Below are positions 47,401-57,036 of a DNA stretch of 64,000 bases, piece by piece (position 1 is the stretch's first letter; every line of letters begins with the position of its first letter). Where the stretch lies: NCBI GenBank assembly GCA_028867755.1, contig JAGWFT010000001.1, positions 1,092,727-1,156,726 of the forward strand. Direction: 5' to 3'. The translations under genes and the position numbers were made by a program. Under the pieces are notes generated by a model that saw only the letters and a program-made list of their open reading frames with translations, was not told the origin of the DNA and did not search any database. This DNA comes from Nitrososphaerota archaeon (GTDB taxonomy: Archaea; Thermoproteota; Nitrososphaeria; Nitrososphaerales; Nitrosopumilaceae).

Positions 47401-48495
47401 ATGCAACAGCGAATTGTATTCCATGTTGATTTTGACTATTTTTTTGCACAATGTGAAGAACTAAGAAACCCCGAATTGAAGACAAAGCCAGTTGTTGTAT
47501 GTGTGTTCTCCGACAGGGGCGGAGACAGCGGCGCCATTGCAACTTCCAACTACTTGGCAAGAAGATATGGAGTAAAATCTGGAATGCCCATAAAATTTGC
47601 AAAAAGAAAGATGGAAGATGTTCCTGAAGCAGTATTCTTGCCTACTGATTTTGACTATTATTCAGAAATCTCTGAGAATGCAATGAATCTAATTAGGAAA
47701 TACGCCGATATTTTTGAGTATGTGGGAAGAGATGAGGCGTATCTTGACGTTACAAAAAGAACGGAAGGAAGTTTTTCAAATGCCGCACATCTGGCTCAGC
47801 AATTAAAGAATACCATACGTAGTAATACCAAACTTTCATCAACTGTTGGAGTCTCGACAAACAAAATTGTATCCAAGATAGCTTCTGATTTTAAAAAACC
47901 TGATGGCCTTACCGTAGTAGAGCCAGGCAAGATTGAGCATTTTCTTGATCCTCTGCCAATTAAGGTAATACCGGGAATTGGAAAAAAATCAGAAGAAAGG
48001 TTTAACGAAATGAAACTTCAAACCATATATGATCTAAAGAAAGTAGATGTATTCTCGCTTAACAGCATGTTTGGGCGAAAAGTTGGAACCTACATCTACA
48101 ATGCTGCAAGAGGCATTGATGATGAACCAGTATCGCCAAGAGCAGATCCAATACAATATAGCAGAATAATAACATTAAAGCAAGACAGCAAGGATTTTGA
48201 TTTTTTATCAAAAGATCTAGAACAGTTATGCGTAGATGTGCATGATGCCATTGTAAAAGACAGTATTGTTTTCAAGTCGGTGGGAATACAATTTGTGCAA
48301 GAAGACCTCTCAAATAGAACAAAGTCTAGAATGTTGAAAAACCCGACATCGAGTCTTGAAGAATTGAAAAAAACCGCACTTCAACTACTTAGAGAATCTC
48401 TTGAGGATCAAAGATTGCTTATCAGAAGGCTTGGGGTTAGAGTGTCTGATTTTTCAGAAGTAGCAGGACAGGTAGACATTACAAGATTTTTTTAA
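47401..48495 (+). CDS. dinB: Y-family DNA polymerase IV (DinB/Dpo4)
   Basis: HVDFDYFFAQ, SNYLARRYGVKSGMP, GRDEAYLD, KPDG, RRLGVRV. Confidence 0.95.
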   Translation: MQQRIVFHVDFDYFFAQCEELRNPELKTKPVVVCVFSDRGGDSGAIATSNYLARRYGVKSGMPIKFAKRKMEDVPEAVFLPTDFDYYSEISENAMNLIRKYADIFEYVGRDEAYLDVTKRTEGSFSNAAHLAQQLKNTIRSNTKLSSTVGVSTNKIVSKIASDFKKPDGLTVVEPGKIEHFLDPLPIKVIPGIGKKSEERFNEMKLQTIYDLKKVDVFSLNSMFGRKVGTYIYNAARGIDDEPVSPRADPIQYSRIITLKQDSKDFDFLSKDLEQLCVDVHDAIVKDSIVFKSVGIQFVQEDLSNRTKSRMLKNPTSSLEELKKTALQLLRESLEDQRLLIRRLGVRVSDFSEVAGQVDITRFF

Positions 48496-48977
48496 GGCTT
48501 TAGCCCTACGTGTGTTGCAAGCCTTTTGTGTTCGTCTTGAGTTATCCATTCTACTTCCAAATAATTCATTATCTCGTTGTGTTCCATGCCTAGTCTTTTT
48601 GCTTCTTTTACAGCTACAACATAGGCCTCGATTTCAGTAGGTCTATCCACATAAGAATAAGATTTATCATACAGGTCAAGGCCCTGTCTTTGTTGTTTTA
48701 CATGCACAAGCTCGTGTACGATATCAAGATAAAGAATTATCTTATCGGAGTTCTTCAAATGATCAAGCCCGATTACAATTGTAGCATCTTCGTTTTTTAC
48801 GTGCATGTATGTACTGCTTGTATCTACAACTACCTTTGTCTTTGAAAAAACATCATCTAGTTCGTTGCTTGAGCCAAAGATCTGTAGCAAAATTTCAACC
48901 TTTCTCAAGCCATCAAAAATATCTTCGATGCGGTATGTTCCAGGATTTATTTCTCTATTGATTTTTATCGTATTCAT
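48492..48977 (-). CDS. Putative zincin-like metalloprotein (HExxH)
   Basis: VHELVHVKQ and downstream EIEAY. Confidence 0.65.
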   Translation of the reverse strand: MNTIKINREINPGTYRIEDIFDGLRKVEILLQIFGSSNELDDVFSKTKVVVDTSSTYMHVKNEDATIVIGLDHLKNSDKIILYLDIVHELVHVKQQRQGLDLYDKSYSYVDRPTEIEAYVVAVKEAKRLGMEHNEIMNYLEVEWITQDEHKRLATHVGLKP

Positions 48978-49905
48978 GTTTTGCAATTTTTACTTCATTT
49001 TTTTTTAATCTCTTTGTCTCTACATATGTTACAATGAGCAAAAAGACAAAGAGCCAAGGAAGAAACATTATCTCACCTGCAATACCATGAAATGACTCAA
49101 ATTCATTTACGTTTGTTGACACCTTGAGTACAAACAATGAAAGAGAGAGTATTCTGATTACGTTTACTCCAATTGTTCCAATCACTCCTAGCACAAAGTA
49201 ACCAGCCTTCCTGTTTCTTCGAATGTTCATCTTTAGAAGAAACGCCATCATGACAAGTGAGTAGATAATAATACTATGAACGCCTGCCGATGGCCAGAAC
49301 ACTTGAAGTGCGAATGGGCCATGGTCACCACTTAGGAACATAATATTACCGTGTGCACTGGCAATTCCCAAATGGAAAGTGGTTATCAAAAAGACATCCA
49401 GCTTTACAAGGTACGGTACAACATACTGTAAGGGACCAAGTGAATCATATGGAAAGAACGCATCAAGTGAGAGAATAATTGCAGTACCTGCGGCATAGAT
49501 TGGTCCTGCGGGGGATATTCGTATCCATCTCTTGCCAAAAAGTACAGTCAGCGTAGACGTGAAGAAAATTGCAATTACAATAAAGTCCCACATCCAATCC
49601 CATGAATCTAACAATAAAACATGAAACTGAGGTGCAACTGCAGCAAGATAGCTTTTGAGACCAAATTCTACAGCCACAAGATATGCAATAGCGACACCTG
49701 CTAACGGAATTGCAGCATAGAGTCGCTTCTTTGGAATTTCAAGTTTGATTCCTATCAGCTCAGCTGCAATAAACGCCATGGCAAAGAGAAATCCCCCTCT
49801 GCCTTGATTCCAGCCAAGACTAAAGGTATCTGGAAAGACAGCCAGTGCAAATATTATTGGAGACGCAATAATGGCTATTGCGATTATTATGCTTCGATTT
49901 TGCAA
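48955..49905 (-). CDS. Thaumarchaeosortase (archaeosortase/exosortase family)
   Basis: Multi-TM; WPSAGVHS (Ser at the usual Cys position), VNVIRI (Arg), FHGIAGE (His). Confidence 0.85.
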   Translation of the reverse strand: MQNRSIIIAIAIIASPIIFALAVFPDTFSLGWNQGRGGFLFAMAFIAAELIGIKLEIPKKRLYAAIPLAGVAIAYLVAVEFGLKSYLAAVAPQFHVLLLDSWDWMWDFIVIAIFFTSTLTVLFGKRWIRISPAGPIYAAGTAIILSLDAFFPYDSLGPLQYVVPYLVKLDVFLITTFHLGIASAHGNIMFLSGDHGPFALQVFWPSAGVHSIIIYSLVMMAFLLKMNIRRNRKAGYFVLGVIGTIGVNVIRILSLSLFVLKVSTNVNEFESFHGIAGEIMFLPWLFVFLLIVTYVETKRLKKNEVKIAKHEYDKNQ

Positions 49906-49939
49906 CGATTTAGGTGCAAAGTGCGTTCAATAAAAACTC

Positions 49940-51100
49940 TCAGAAATAATCTTTTATCGATTTTTGATTTCTTGCTTTTTGTAATTTACTTCTTGCAAGC
50001 CATTCTTTCTTGCCCACACTTAGGCCCTTGCATACAAGATCCAAGCCTTGTTCAAAATTTGGCATTACAGTTGGTTTTTGTTTTAACGCCATCCTTACTC
50101 CTTCTCTAACTTGCCAGACCCCTAGAGGAACTGCATATTCTGGCCTTATCTCGCGAAGCACCATAACTCCTGCCTGAACCTTGGCTCTCAAGAGATATTC
50201 TGCAACAGCAAGCCGCGATGCAAAATGTGCTCCTGCAGTCTCCGGATAGTGTGAAAGTCCCTTTGCATCTTCAAAATCTGATCCAAATCCAATGTTACCT
50301 TCTTGATCGTACCACGCCTCTTGCATCTCAAACATCCATCTGCGTGGAAACATGATTACGCCGTACAAATTTCCAAGGTTTTCATAAGTAAAAATCTGGC
50401 AGCAATCAATCTCAGAAAAATTCACAATTTCATCAACAATGGATTTAGAAATTATATCGTCAGTTGCAGTTATGCTCCATTTCGTAGGTACAAGTTTGCG
50501 GTCTTTTCCAAACATTCCTATACTGAAACACTTTTGTATTTTGCTTACCTCTATGCCACGATTATAAAGTTCAAAGACTGCATCATACGCCAGAACGTCT
50601 TTGTCGTAAAATAATCTCTGAATATTCTTGTCTGATGATGAATTTGAGAACTTGGCAGTTTTTATTTCTCCAATGGGGCCAAAAGGGGCATTTTCCCCAT
50701 CTACAAATAGAGAGGGTTTTGTATTTTTTACAAACTCTACTTCAGAATCAGTAGATCTAGAAGACATTGCAAGCTCTTGTAAGCTTTCGATGTATCTGCC
50801 CTGAGGGGCTTTTGCTGTAACTGCTTGTATTCCTCTTACTAGTGATAGTCTATAATTTACAATATCTTCCAGGCTCTTGCCTATCCAAGATTCTGGCAAG
50901 TCCATAGATAACGTGTTACCATGGATTGGAGGCACCATTGGTCCTACCAGTACCTTTGGATACCCATAAGATCCAACAAAGACTGACGGAGGACTAGAAC
51001 CCTCTACATAATTAGAAGAAAATAGATTGGCGTATTTTGACAGATATTCATTCCAGTTAGATTCTATAGCCTTTCGTATATCAGAAGCAGTTCTGGACAC
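49940..51100 (-). CDS. nreA: Nre-family DNA repair protein with C-terminal PIP box
   Basis: GSSPPSVFVGSYGYPKV, LVPTKWSITATD, GVWQVRE; C-terminal QKSIKDYF PCNA-interaction motif. Confidence 0.88.
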   Translation of the reverse strand: MSRTASDIRKAIESNWNEYLSKYANLFSSNYVEGSSPPSVFVGSYGYPKVLVGPMVPPIHGNTLSMDLPESWIGKSLEDIVNYRLSLVRGIQAVTAKAPQGRYIESLQELAMSSRSTDSEVEFVKNTKPSLFVDGENAPFGPIGEIKTAKFSNSSSDKNIQRLFYDKDVLAYDAVFELYNRGIEVSKIQKCFSIGMFGKDRKLVPTKWSITATDDIISKSIVDEIVNFSEIDCCQIFTYENLGNLYGVIMFPRRWMFEMQEAWYDQEGNIGFGSDFEDAKGLSHYPETAGAHFASRLAVAEYLLRAKVQAGVMVLREIRPEYAVPLGVWQVREGVRMALKQKPTVMPNFEQGLDLVCKGLSVGKKEWLARSKLQKARNQKSIKDYF

Positions 51101-51138
51101 CGTCTCTCAAACGACTTTTGCGACTAATAATATCTCTG

Positions 51139-51576
51139 ATGCAAATACTTTTGAGTTATATTCAACTATTTTCCAAGCAATATCAAAAATTGTCAGGTGC
51201 AGAATCTTTTGGTATTGAAAAAGGATACGGAAAACAAGCAGTAGACTGGATGAATGAAGAGGCAAAGAATATGGATTGGAAATTTGAAGCAAGGCTATAT
51301 GATTATGAGATAGATACCAAAAACTTTGGTGCGTTTGAGATGTTTTCATGGATGGGAGACTCAAAGGCTGCACGTGATTTAGTAGCAAGAGCAAGCAAGA
51401 GGTTTAAGATCAAGGTCATAGAAGGAGGATACAAAACAAGACAGTTGATTATTAAAACATCTAAAAATGAATATGGGATTGTACGAAAGGGAGATCGTGC
51501 AATAGGACAGATTGAGTTTACTTCATCTAGATTAACAAATAGCAAGTGGGTTGTAAGCAAAGAAGAGCGAAAATAG
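51139..51576 (+). CDS. Hypothetical protein
   Basis: Open frame with protein-like composition between nreA and DUF99; start uncertain. Confidence 0.65.
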   Translation: MQILLSYIQLFSKQYQKLSGAESFGIEKGYGKQAVDWMNEEAKNMDWKFEARLYDYEIDTKNFGAFEMFSWMGDSKAARDLVARASKRFKIKVIEGGYKTRQLIIKTSKNEYGIVRKGDRAIGQIEFTSSRLTNSKWVVSKEERK

Positions 51577-51580
51577 AAAA

Positions 51581-52156
51581 TTAGCGTAAAGAACTTAGCT
51601 CTGCCTTGGCAAGAATTTGTGCTACACGTAATGGTTCAGGCATGGCTCCTTGTAACGTGAATGTATCAAGCAGTTTTTTTGCTTCCTTTAATTCACATCC
51701 TTCCACTCTTAGGTATAGATCATGTTTTGTATGCAATGATATCTTGGTCCTAGTGCCAAGGTTCTGATATTGTTTTATTTTAAATTCATAGGAATTAGGA
51801 AAATGATGTCTAATTGCATCTTCCATTCCGTCAGACTCTTCATATGTCACACCAATAATTGGCATCTTGACTTTTTTCCATAGTTTTTTGATATCAACGA
51901 TATTGTATATGGAGATAATCAATCCTGAGACCAGAATGAAGCTAATGTCATCACGATTTAGATTCTCATACATTGAGATAATTGCATCAGTGGCATCATC
52001 ACCTCCTATAGTAGCCATCCCAAAAACAAATCCATCAATTACAAAATCTCTTCGCATCACAACTCCTGCTAATTTTGATTTTAAATCATTCTCGTGGAAG
52101 CTTTCTGCTATTGATAGCCCGCGCAGACCTTTTTTCTCAAGTCGTAGATGGTTCAT
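51581..52156 (-). CDS. DUF99 family (endonuclease V-like fold)
   Basis: GLSIAESF, GGDDATD, YNIVD, PEPLRVA. Confidence 0.82.
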   Translation of the reverse strand: MNHLRLEKKGLRGLSIAESFHENDLKSKLAGVVMRRDFVIDGFVFGMATIGGDDATDAIISMYENLNRDDISFILVSGLIISIYNIVDIKKLWKKVKMPIIGVTYEESDGMEDAIRHHFPNSYEFKIKQYQNLGTRTKISLHTKHDLYLRVEGCELKEAKKLLDTFTLQGAMPEPLRVAQILAKAELSSLR

Positions 52157-52264
52157 TTTTATTTCGAAATTTTTTATAAACTAGCCCAGTTACAACCATA
52201 AAAATAGCTGTGATAGTGGACCAAGAGATAATGGCTACAATATCAAAATGAGTCATACAACAAA

Positions 52265-53185
52265 TTATACAATAATTGGCCCGCTTCCTACTATTCGTAT
52301 AGTCTGCGACTCGGGTTTTAGAATCACGCATATATCATTTTTTATAAATGCAACTGGTTTGTTAAGAGAAAGCTTCATGGGGTTAAGAGATACTATTTTT
52401 GCAGCTCTTGTCTGCAGACCTATATTTACAAGAAATGTCTGGTTTTCTGCCACTTTGTCCTTGAAGAATTTGTTTTGTAAATAATCCAATGCAACATCTT
52501 GCATCACATGGATTCCATCACCAATGCACAATTGGTCTCCCCTTTGTACATCATCAGATACAACTCCCTTTACAGCAAGACCGACTCGTGCTGGAGACAC
52601 AGCTTCTTCCACCGGATCGTCATGCATTTGAATGGATTTTATTATAACCTCGTCTCCTTTGGGCAACAGTTTGAGTTTATCATATGCTTTGATTTTTCCT
52701 TGTGCTACCTTACCAAGTATAACCGTGCCTACCCCTTTTACATCAAAACAATGATCAATTGGAATCCTAGCATCGCCTTCATTTGATACAGGTTCCAAAG
52801 AATCCATTTCCTTTTTGAGATCAGATAGTTCTACTAGTTTGTATTGTTCCACAACGGTTCCTTTTATCATAAGAAGAAGTTTTTCATGATCTACTTCGTA
52901 AGAATGAGTTAGTAATCCCTTATTCTTTTTGAGAACATCAAGTGCAACAATTTGTTCTCCTGTGAATTTGTCAAGCTTAGAGACACAAAAAATAACATAT
53001 TCACCCATGTTTATGGCTTGAAGAAGCGGTTGGATCTTTTCTGGAAAGCCTGTTGGCATGGTCCATGTTTTTACAAAGCCTGCATCTTTTTTATCATATA
53101 TTGTAAGATCAGTAGCAGTGCCTTTTTTGCCAAAATCTTTGGCTATTGATTCATCTCCAAGCAATACATAATTGATTGATTTCAT
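52265..53185 (-). CDS. aSelBL: SelB/EF-Tu-like factor with a degenerate G domain
   Basis: IDHCFDVKGVGTVILG, KSIQMHD, RVGLAVK (EF-Tu domain II); no GxxxxGKT P-loop. Confidence 0.82.
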   Translation of the reverse strand: MKSINYVLLGDESIAKDFGKKGTATDLTIYDKKDAGFVKTWTMPTGFPEKIQPLLQAINMGEYVIFCVSKLDKFTGEQIVALDVLKKNKGLLTHSYEVDHEKLLLMIKGTVVEQYKLVELSDLKKEMDSLEPVSNEGDARIPIDHCFDVKGVGTVILGKVAQGKIKAYDKLKLLPKGDEVIIKSIQMHDDPVEEAVSPARVGLAVKGVVSDDVQRGDQLCIGDGIHVMQDVALDYLQNKFFKDKVAENQTFLVNIGLQTRAAKIVSLNPMKLSLNKPVAFIKNDICVILKPESQTIRIVGSGPIIV

Positions 53186-53272
53186 TTTATTTGTGAGAAC
53201 CCATAACTAGTAAAATATCTTGTGGAGACGGTACAAAAATTAACGATGTGTTTGTCAAGTTAAACAGAAAGA

Positions 53273-54166
53273 TTAACCTCTAGGATCATTTTTTGTTGCA
53301 TTCTGACCAAGAATTAGGTCAACTTTATAGTTCAAACTTAATCGTGAATTCATGTTTAACTTCCATGGAATAAAGCTTGGTTGGCTTGTTCTTCTAATTA
53401 ATTTGAATCCAGACTGCCTCAGATACAACCTTAGTTCATCTGGACTTATTTTGGATTTTACAGATGCCTTTCCTCGCTCAAAGTCATATGGATCAGATAT
53501 CATGAGAAACTTTTTGGATTGATGCGAGACAGCCTGCAAAAGCTCACGCGGCTCTACAATATCAAGCAGGTTTAGGACAACCACCAGATCAAATTTTCTG
53601 CTTCCAAAAGGAGAGTTTAATGAGTCTGCCACAATGAAATCCAAATTTTTTCTTTGATGTTTTTTTGCCTCTAATATAGCATAAAATGATTTGTCTATGC
53701 CAAATACGAGAGAATTTTGCTTTGCAAGATGTGCTGTTAGGTGTCCTATAGAGCACCCATGCTCCAATACAAAATCACATCTAGGTAACTTGTGAACCAA
53801 GTTTTTTACATGGACATAGAACTGCGAATGTATACTACGCTTGTAGATTCCAACCCAGTTTCTTTCAAGTTCAGAAGTGTCTTCTAATACATGTTTTATC
53901 TTTCCCAGCATTTCTTTTACAAACAACTTCATTTTGGAAGACTTGGCCATCAGCATCAACTCACCACCAAGTGCCATCCTAATTGCAAGATAAGATGAAA
54001 AATCTTCCAGCAAAAAAGGCACAGACGATATTACAGGATATCTGTGATTGCATTTTGTGCAACTTAGAAAACCCTCCTGAACTTCGTCACCACATGTCAA
54101 TGGCTCAATGGATAATGCAGACTTGCAGATTACGCATCGCAGATATTTAGCAGTGGATTCAAACAA
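53273..54166 (-). CDS. Class I SAM methyltransferase with an N-terminal Trm112-like zinc knuckle
   Basis: LRCVICK...LSCTKCNHRYPVISSVP; VLEHGCSIG motif I. Confidence 0.8.
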   Translation of the reverse strand: MFESTAKYLRCVICKSALSIEPLTCGDEVQEGFLSCTKCNHRYPVISSVPFLLEDFSSYLAIRMALGGELMLMAKSSKMKLFVKEMLGKIKHVLEDTSELERNWVGIYKRSIHSQFYVHVKNLVHKLPRCDFVLEHGCSIGHLTAHLAKQNSLVFGIDKSFYAILEAKKHQRKNLDFIVADSLNSPFGSRKFDLVVVLNLLDIVEPRELLQAVSHQSKKFLMISDPYDFERGKASVKSKISPDELRLYLRQSGFKLIRRTSQPSFIPWKLNMNSRLSLNYKVDLILGQNATKNDPRG

Positions 54167-54208
54167 TGAGATTTTAGAATATGTTGTAGATTAAATTTAT
54201 ACCGTTAC

Positions 54209-55015
54209 TTATTCATGAATTTTACTTTCTTGAAATGAATCAGAATTATACCAACAGTATCTAAAATAGTCCAAACACCATTCATGAAATAGAGGATCTT
54301 TGCTGTAAAACATTTCACGCATGTCTGCAACACCGTCCAATGTTGGAAATCCAATACATGCCTCTTTCTCATTTAACACAACAACCACATTTGTGCCTGT
54401 TCTCATTTTTCTCTCAACCAGGCCTTTTTCGATTAAATCTTTCATACCTAATTTATTGAGTAAATCTTTTCGTCCCTTAGGAACTATGACTGATTCTGAA
54501 AAGATGTAATTTAGTTTAACTCCCTGTTTTACTTTGGTTAATAATGGTTCGATTAGATCAAGCGGAACTTCAGTGAAGATTTCATAGATAAATTCATCCG
54601 CATTTTTATAAATTGACTTCCATTGTTCTAGAGATTTGACAAATCCTTTGATTTGTTGCCCCCCAGCAAGTGCACCTATCCTTTGTATGAATTTCATAGG
54701 AACATCACCGAAATCATGATTTTCAAAATATTTTCTATTCTTAGAGAGAAATAACAGAGACGGAACTTGGGTGCACATGGTTTTGCCATACGTGGTAAGA
54801 TCATACAAGCCATCCCTATCTTTTATAACCAATCCTGCATCTGCAAGTCGCTCAAAGTTCCTGTGAACCTCCTGAACTGTGGCGTGAAGTTCTTTTGCCA
54901 TATTTGAGATCTTGGATTTTTTCTCTAAAAGTTTGAAGATTATGTTCAGACGTTGTTCGCTTGCAAGCTCAAGAAAGTCGTCTGCTGCATTTTCATATAT
55001 GTTATCCATTGACAA
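54209..55015 (-). CDS. ArsR-like wHTH transcription regulator with a C-terminal sensor domain
   Basis: LASEQRLNII...EVHRNFERLADAGLV; C-terminal DPLFHEWCLDYFRYCW. Confidence 0.8.
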   Translation of the reverse strand: MSMDNIYENAADDFLELASEQRLNIIFKLLEKKSKISNMAKELHATVQEVHRNFERLADAGLVIKDRDGLYDLTTYGKTMCTQVPSLLFLSKNRKYFENHDFGDVPMKFIQRIGALAGGQQIKGFVKSLEQWKSIYKNADEFIYEIFTEVPLDLIEPLLTKVKQGVKLNYIFSESVIVPKGRKDLLNKLGMKDLIEKGLVERKMRTGTNVVVVLNEKEACIGFPTLDGVADMREMFYSKDPLFHEWCLDYFRYCWYNSDSFQESKIHE

Positions 55016-55183
55016 TAATGCTTAGAATTATTTATGTAAATCTTTGCTCTATTCAACTATTTTCAACAAGCGAGTAACGCGTATCAAATTTTTATTTCAC
55101 GGTATTAAGATAGGTGTGTACAAAAAGGATTAGGTAACTTAGTTAAGTAATCCATTAAATCAAAGAAGTGAGATCAAGAAGCA

Positions 55184-55450
55184 TTGGCAGTAACTTTCAA
55201 TATTAGTGACGAGGTAATGCAAGATCTTTTGTCAGACAAAGTCAGTAGAATGATTTTAGAATCGATCAGGACAGTCCCAAAATCTACAAGTCAACTCTGC
55301 ATAGAATGTAACATACCCACAAGCACTGCTTATAGAAAGATGCAAAAATTGTCAGATTACAAAATAATACGTAAGATTGGCACCATAAATGAGGCAGGAA
55401 AAAGAGAGATACTCTACAAGAGTACCTTTTCTGTTTTTGAGAAGATTTGA
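55184..55450 (+). CDS. Small wHTH transcription regulator
   Basis: KSTSQLCIECNIPTSTAYRKMQKL HTH; TTG start. Confidence 0.75.
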   Translation: MAVTFNISDEVMQDLLSDKVSRMILESIRTVPKSTSQLCIECNIPTSTAYRKMQKLSDYKIIRKIGTINEAGKREILYKSTFSVFEKI

Positions 55451-55503
55451 AAGGAATAAAAGTTTGTTAAACTAAAATACAGTATCATTTTTGCATATAA
55501 GCT

Positions 55504-55872
55504 GTGATTACGGTTAACTGTAGAGATATTCCGTCCATAAAATCGCCACTGGCAGTATATACCTCAGACCAATTAGGAGCTGTTCCAGCCCTAAAACTTC
55601 ACGAGTTTGTTCTTGCGCCTATAGAAGATGAAGAGATAGACCCAGCAAATGTAATTACAGCAATCAAAATGTTCCTAGCATCAATAGGATGTGAAAGGCA
55701 TTTTGCAGTAATACAAAAGAATGATACAATTTCAGTGGTATCGCTTGATGGATACAAGATAGAGTCACCCACACAAGGAAAAACAGACCAGTTTTTTTCA
55801 TGCATCCATTGCGGTCATGTGACCCAATTTGAAACAGTACACAACAATCACATGAAGATTCATTATTTATGA
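55504..55872 (+). CDS. Hypothetical protein with a C-terminal C2H2-type finger
   Basis: CIHCGHVTQFETVHNNHMKIH. Confidence 0.72.
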   Translation: MITVNCRDIPSIKSPLAVYTSDQLGAVPALKLHEFVLAPIEDEEIDPANVITAIKMFLASIGCERHFAVIQKNDTISVVSLDGYKIESPTQGKTDQFFSCIHCGHVTQFETVHNNHMKIHYL

Positions 55873-55894
55873 TTTGAATTGTGCCTAGAGATTA

Positions 55895-56179
55895 TTAATT
55901 AGCAACTACTTCATAGAAGACTGGTCTTGGCGGGACTTCCATGTATGAATGACCATTTGATTGAATTCTGAAATGCTCTTGTGTCTGATGCATTTTTTCA
56001 AACTTATCCTGGCTCTCAAACTCTACCAATATAGTATGCTTACCAGTACGTGTTGCCAGTAATCTTCTGTTAATGAATCCATCAAACTTTGCAAGATCTT
56101 TGTTTGATTCGTTTACCCATTTTTTGAATTCTTCTTCCATCCCTTTTTTTAGTTGAATCTCAACTACTACCACGAACAT
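55895..56179 (-). CDS. ABM (antibiotic biosynthesis monooxygenase) domain protein
   Basis: DGFINRRLL, VEFESQDKFEKMH dimeric alpha-beta barrel pattern. Confidence 0.8.
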   Translation of the reverse strand: MFVVVVEIQLKKGMEEEFKKWVNESNKDLAKFDGFINRRLLATRTGKHTILVEFESQDKFEKMHQTQEHFRIQSNGHSYMEVPPRPVFYEVVAN

Positions 56180-56294
56180 AGAATTCTTCGATGATTAATG
56201 GATTTAAGAGGATTTCTAATATTCTCATTCTCGGCAAACGAGATTACAGCACACTCAATAATGCTAAATACGGGATTACTTTCGATCAAAGTAT

Positions 56295-56552
56295 ATGAAT
56301 GAGAAACTTCTAATATTTGGCGCACTTGCCGCAGCAGTGGTAGTTATGACTACAGCGGTTTTTCCTTTCTGGAATCTCATTCCTAATACAGTAACCGAAG
56401 TAGTTACAGTAAAACAAGCAGACCAAAGCGGTTGCTATGTTGAAACCCATGATCATTTTGTCATAAAGATACCTCCATGCAATGCACAACCCGGACAGAA
56501 TATTACAGCAACATTTGATGCAAAAGTAAGAGATCGTGAAAAACAGATCTAA
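56295..56552 (+). CDS. Small membrane-anchored hypothetical protein
   Basis: N-terminal TM, Cys pair, small beta domain. Confidence 0.65.
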   Translation: MNEKLLIFGALAAAVVVMTTAVFPFWNLIPNTVTEVVTVKQADQSGCYVETHDHFVIKIPPCNAQPGQNITATFDAKVRDREKQI

Positions 56553-56905
56553 AGCAATTTCAAACTTTGAGTTACCTTATCAATCATATCTTCAGGTGCA
56601 GGGCCTATTGAGATACAAGTTACAGTCCCAGGCGCAATCTGAGTATGACCTGCATCTGTTACCTCAGACCATGGCAAATTAAGAGAGATGGCGTGTTTTT
56701 TTACATCTTCCAACTCAGATAAGCTAGAAACTTTGAGTACTACTTTTTCTTGGCCCAACTCTTCCCATTCAGTATACCATTCCCTATGGGATTTCCTCAC
56801 ATGTTCTGCACCTAAAACACATGCATGCCCCACTTGAGCTGCAATCTTTCCAGTCCCCATACCGAGGTCCTTTCGTACTACTATTACTTGCTTAATGTTA
56901 CCCAT
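56549..56905 (-). CDS. pth2: Peptidyl-tRNA hydrolase 2
   Basis: KQVIVVRKDLGMGTGKIAAQVGHA, KVVLKV, DAGHTQ, GPAP. Confidence 0.94.
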   Translation of the reverse strand: MGNIKQVIVVRKDLGMGTGKIAAQVGHACVLGAEHVRKSHREWYTEWEELGQEKVVLKVSSLSELEDVKKHAISLNLPWSEVTDAGHTQIAPGTVTCISIGPAPEDMIDKVTQSLKLL

Positions 56906-57036
56906 ATCAATTTGAAATAATAACCCAGTACATGTTAAACTTTTGAATTGAAAGTATTTTTCACTGTAAAAAGCAAAATACATTCACAAGATCTTGTTTT
57001 GTACAACGTTAGATGTTGATATAAATAAATGAGAAA

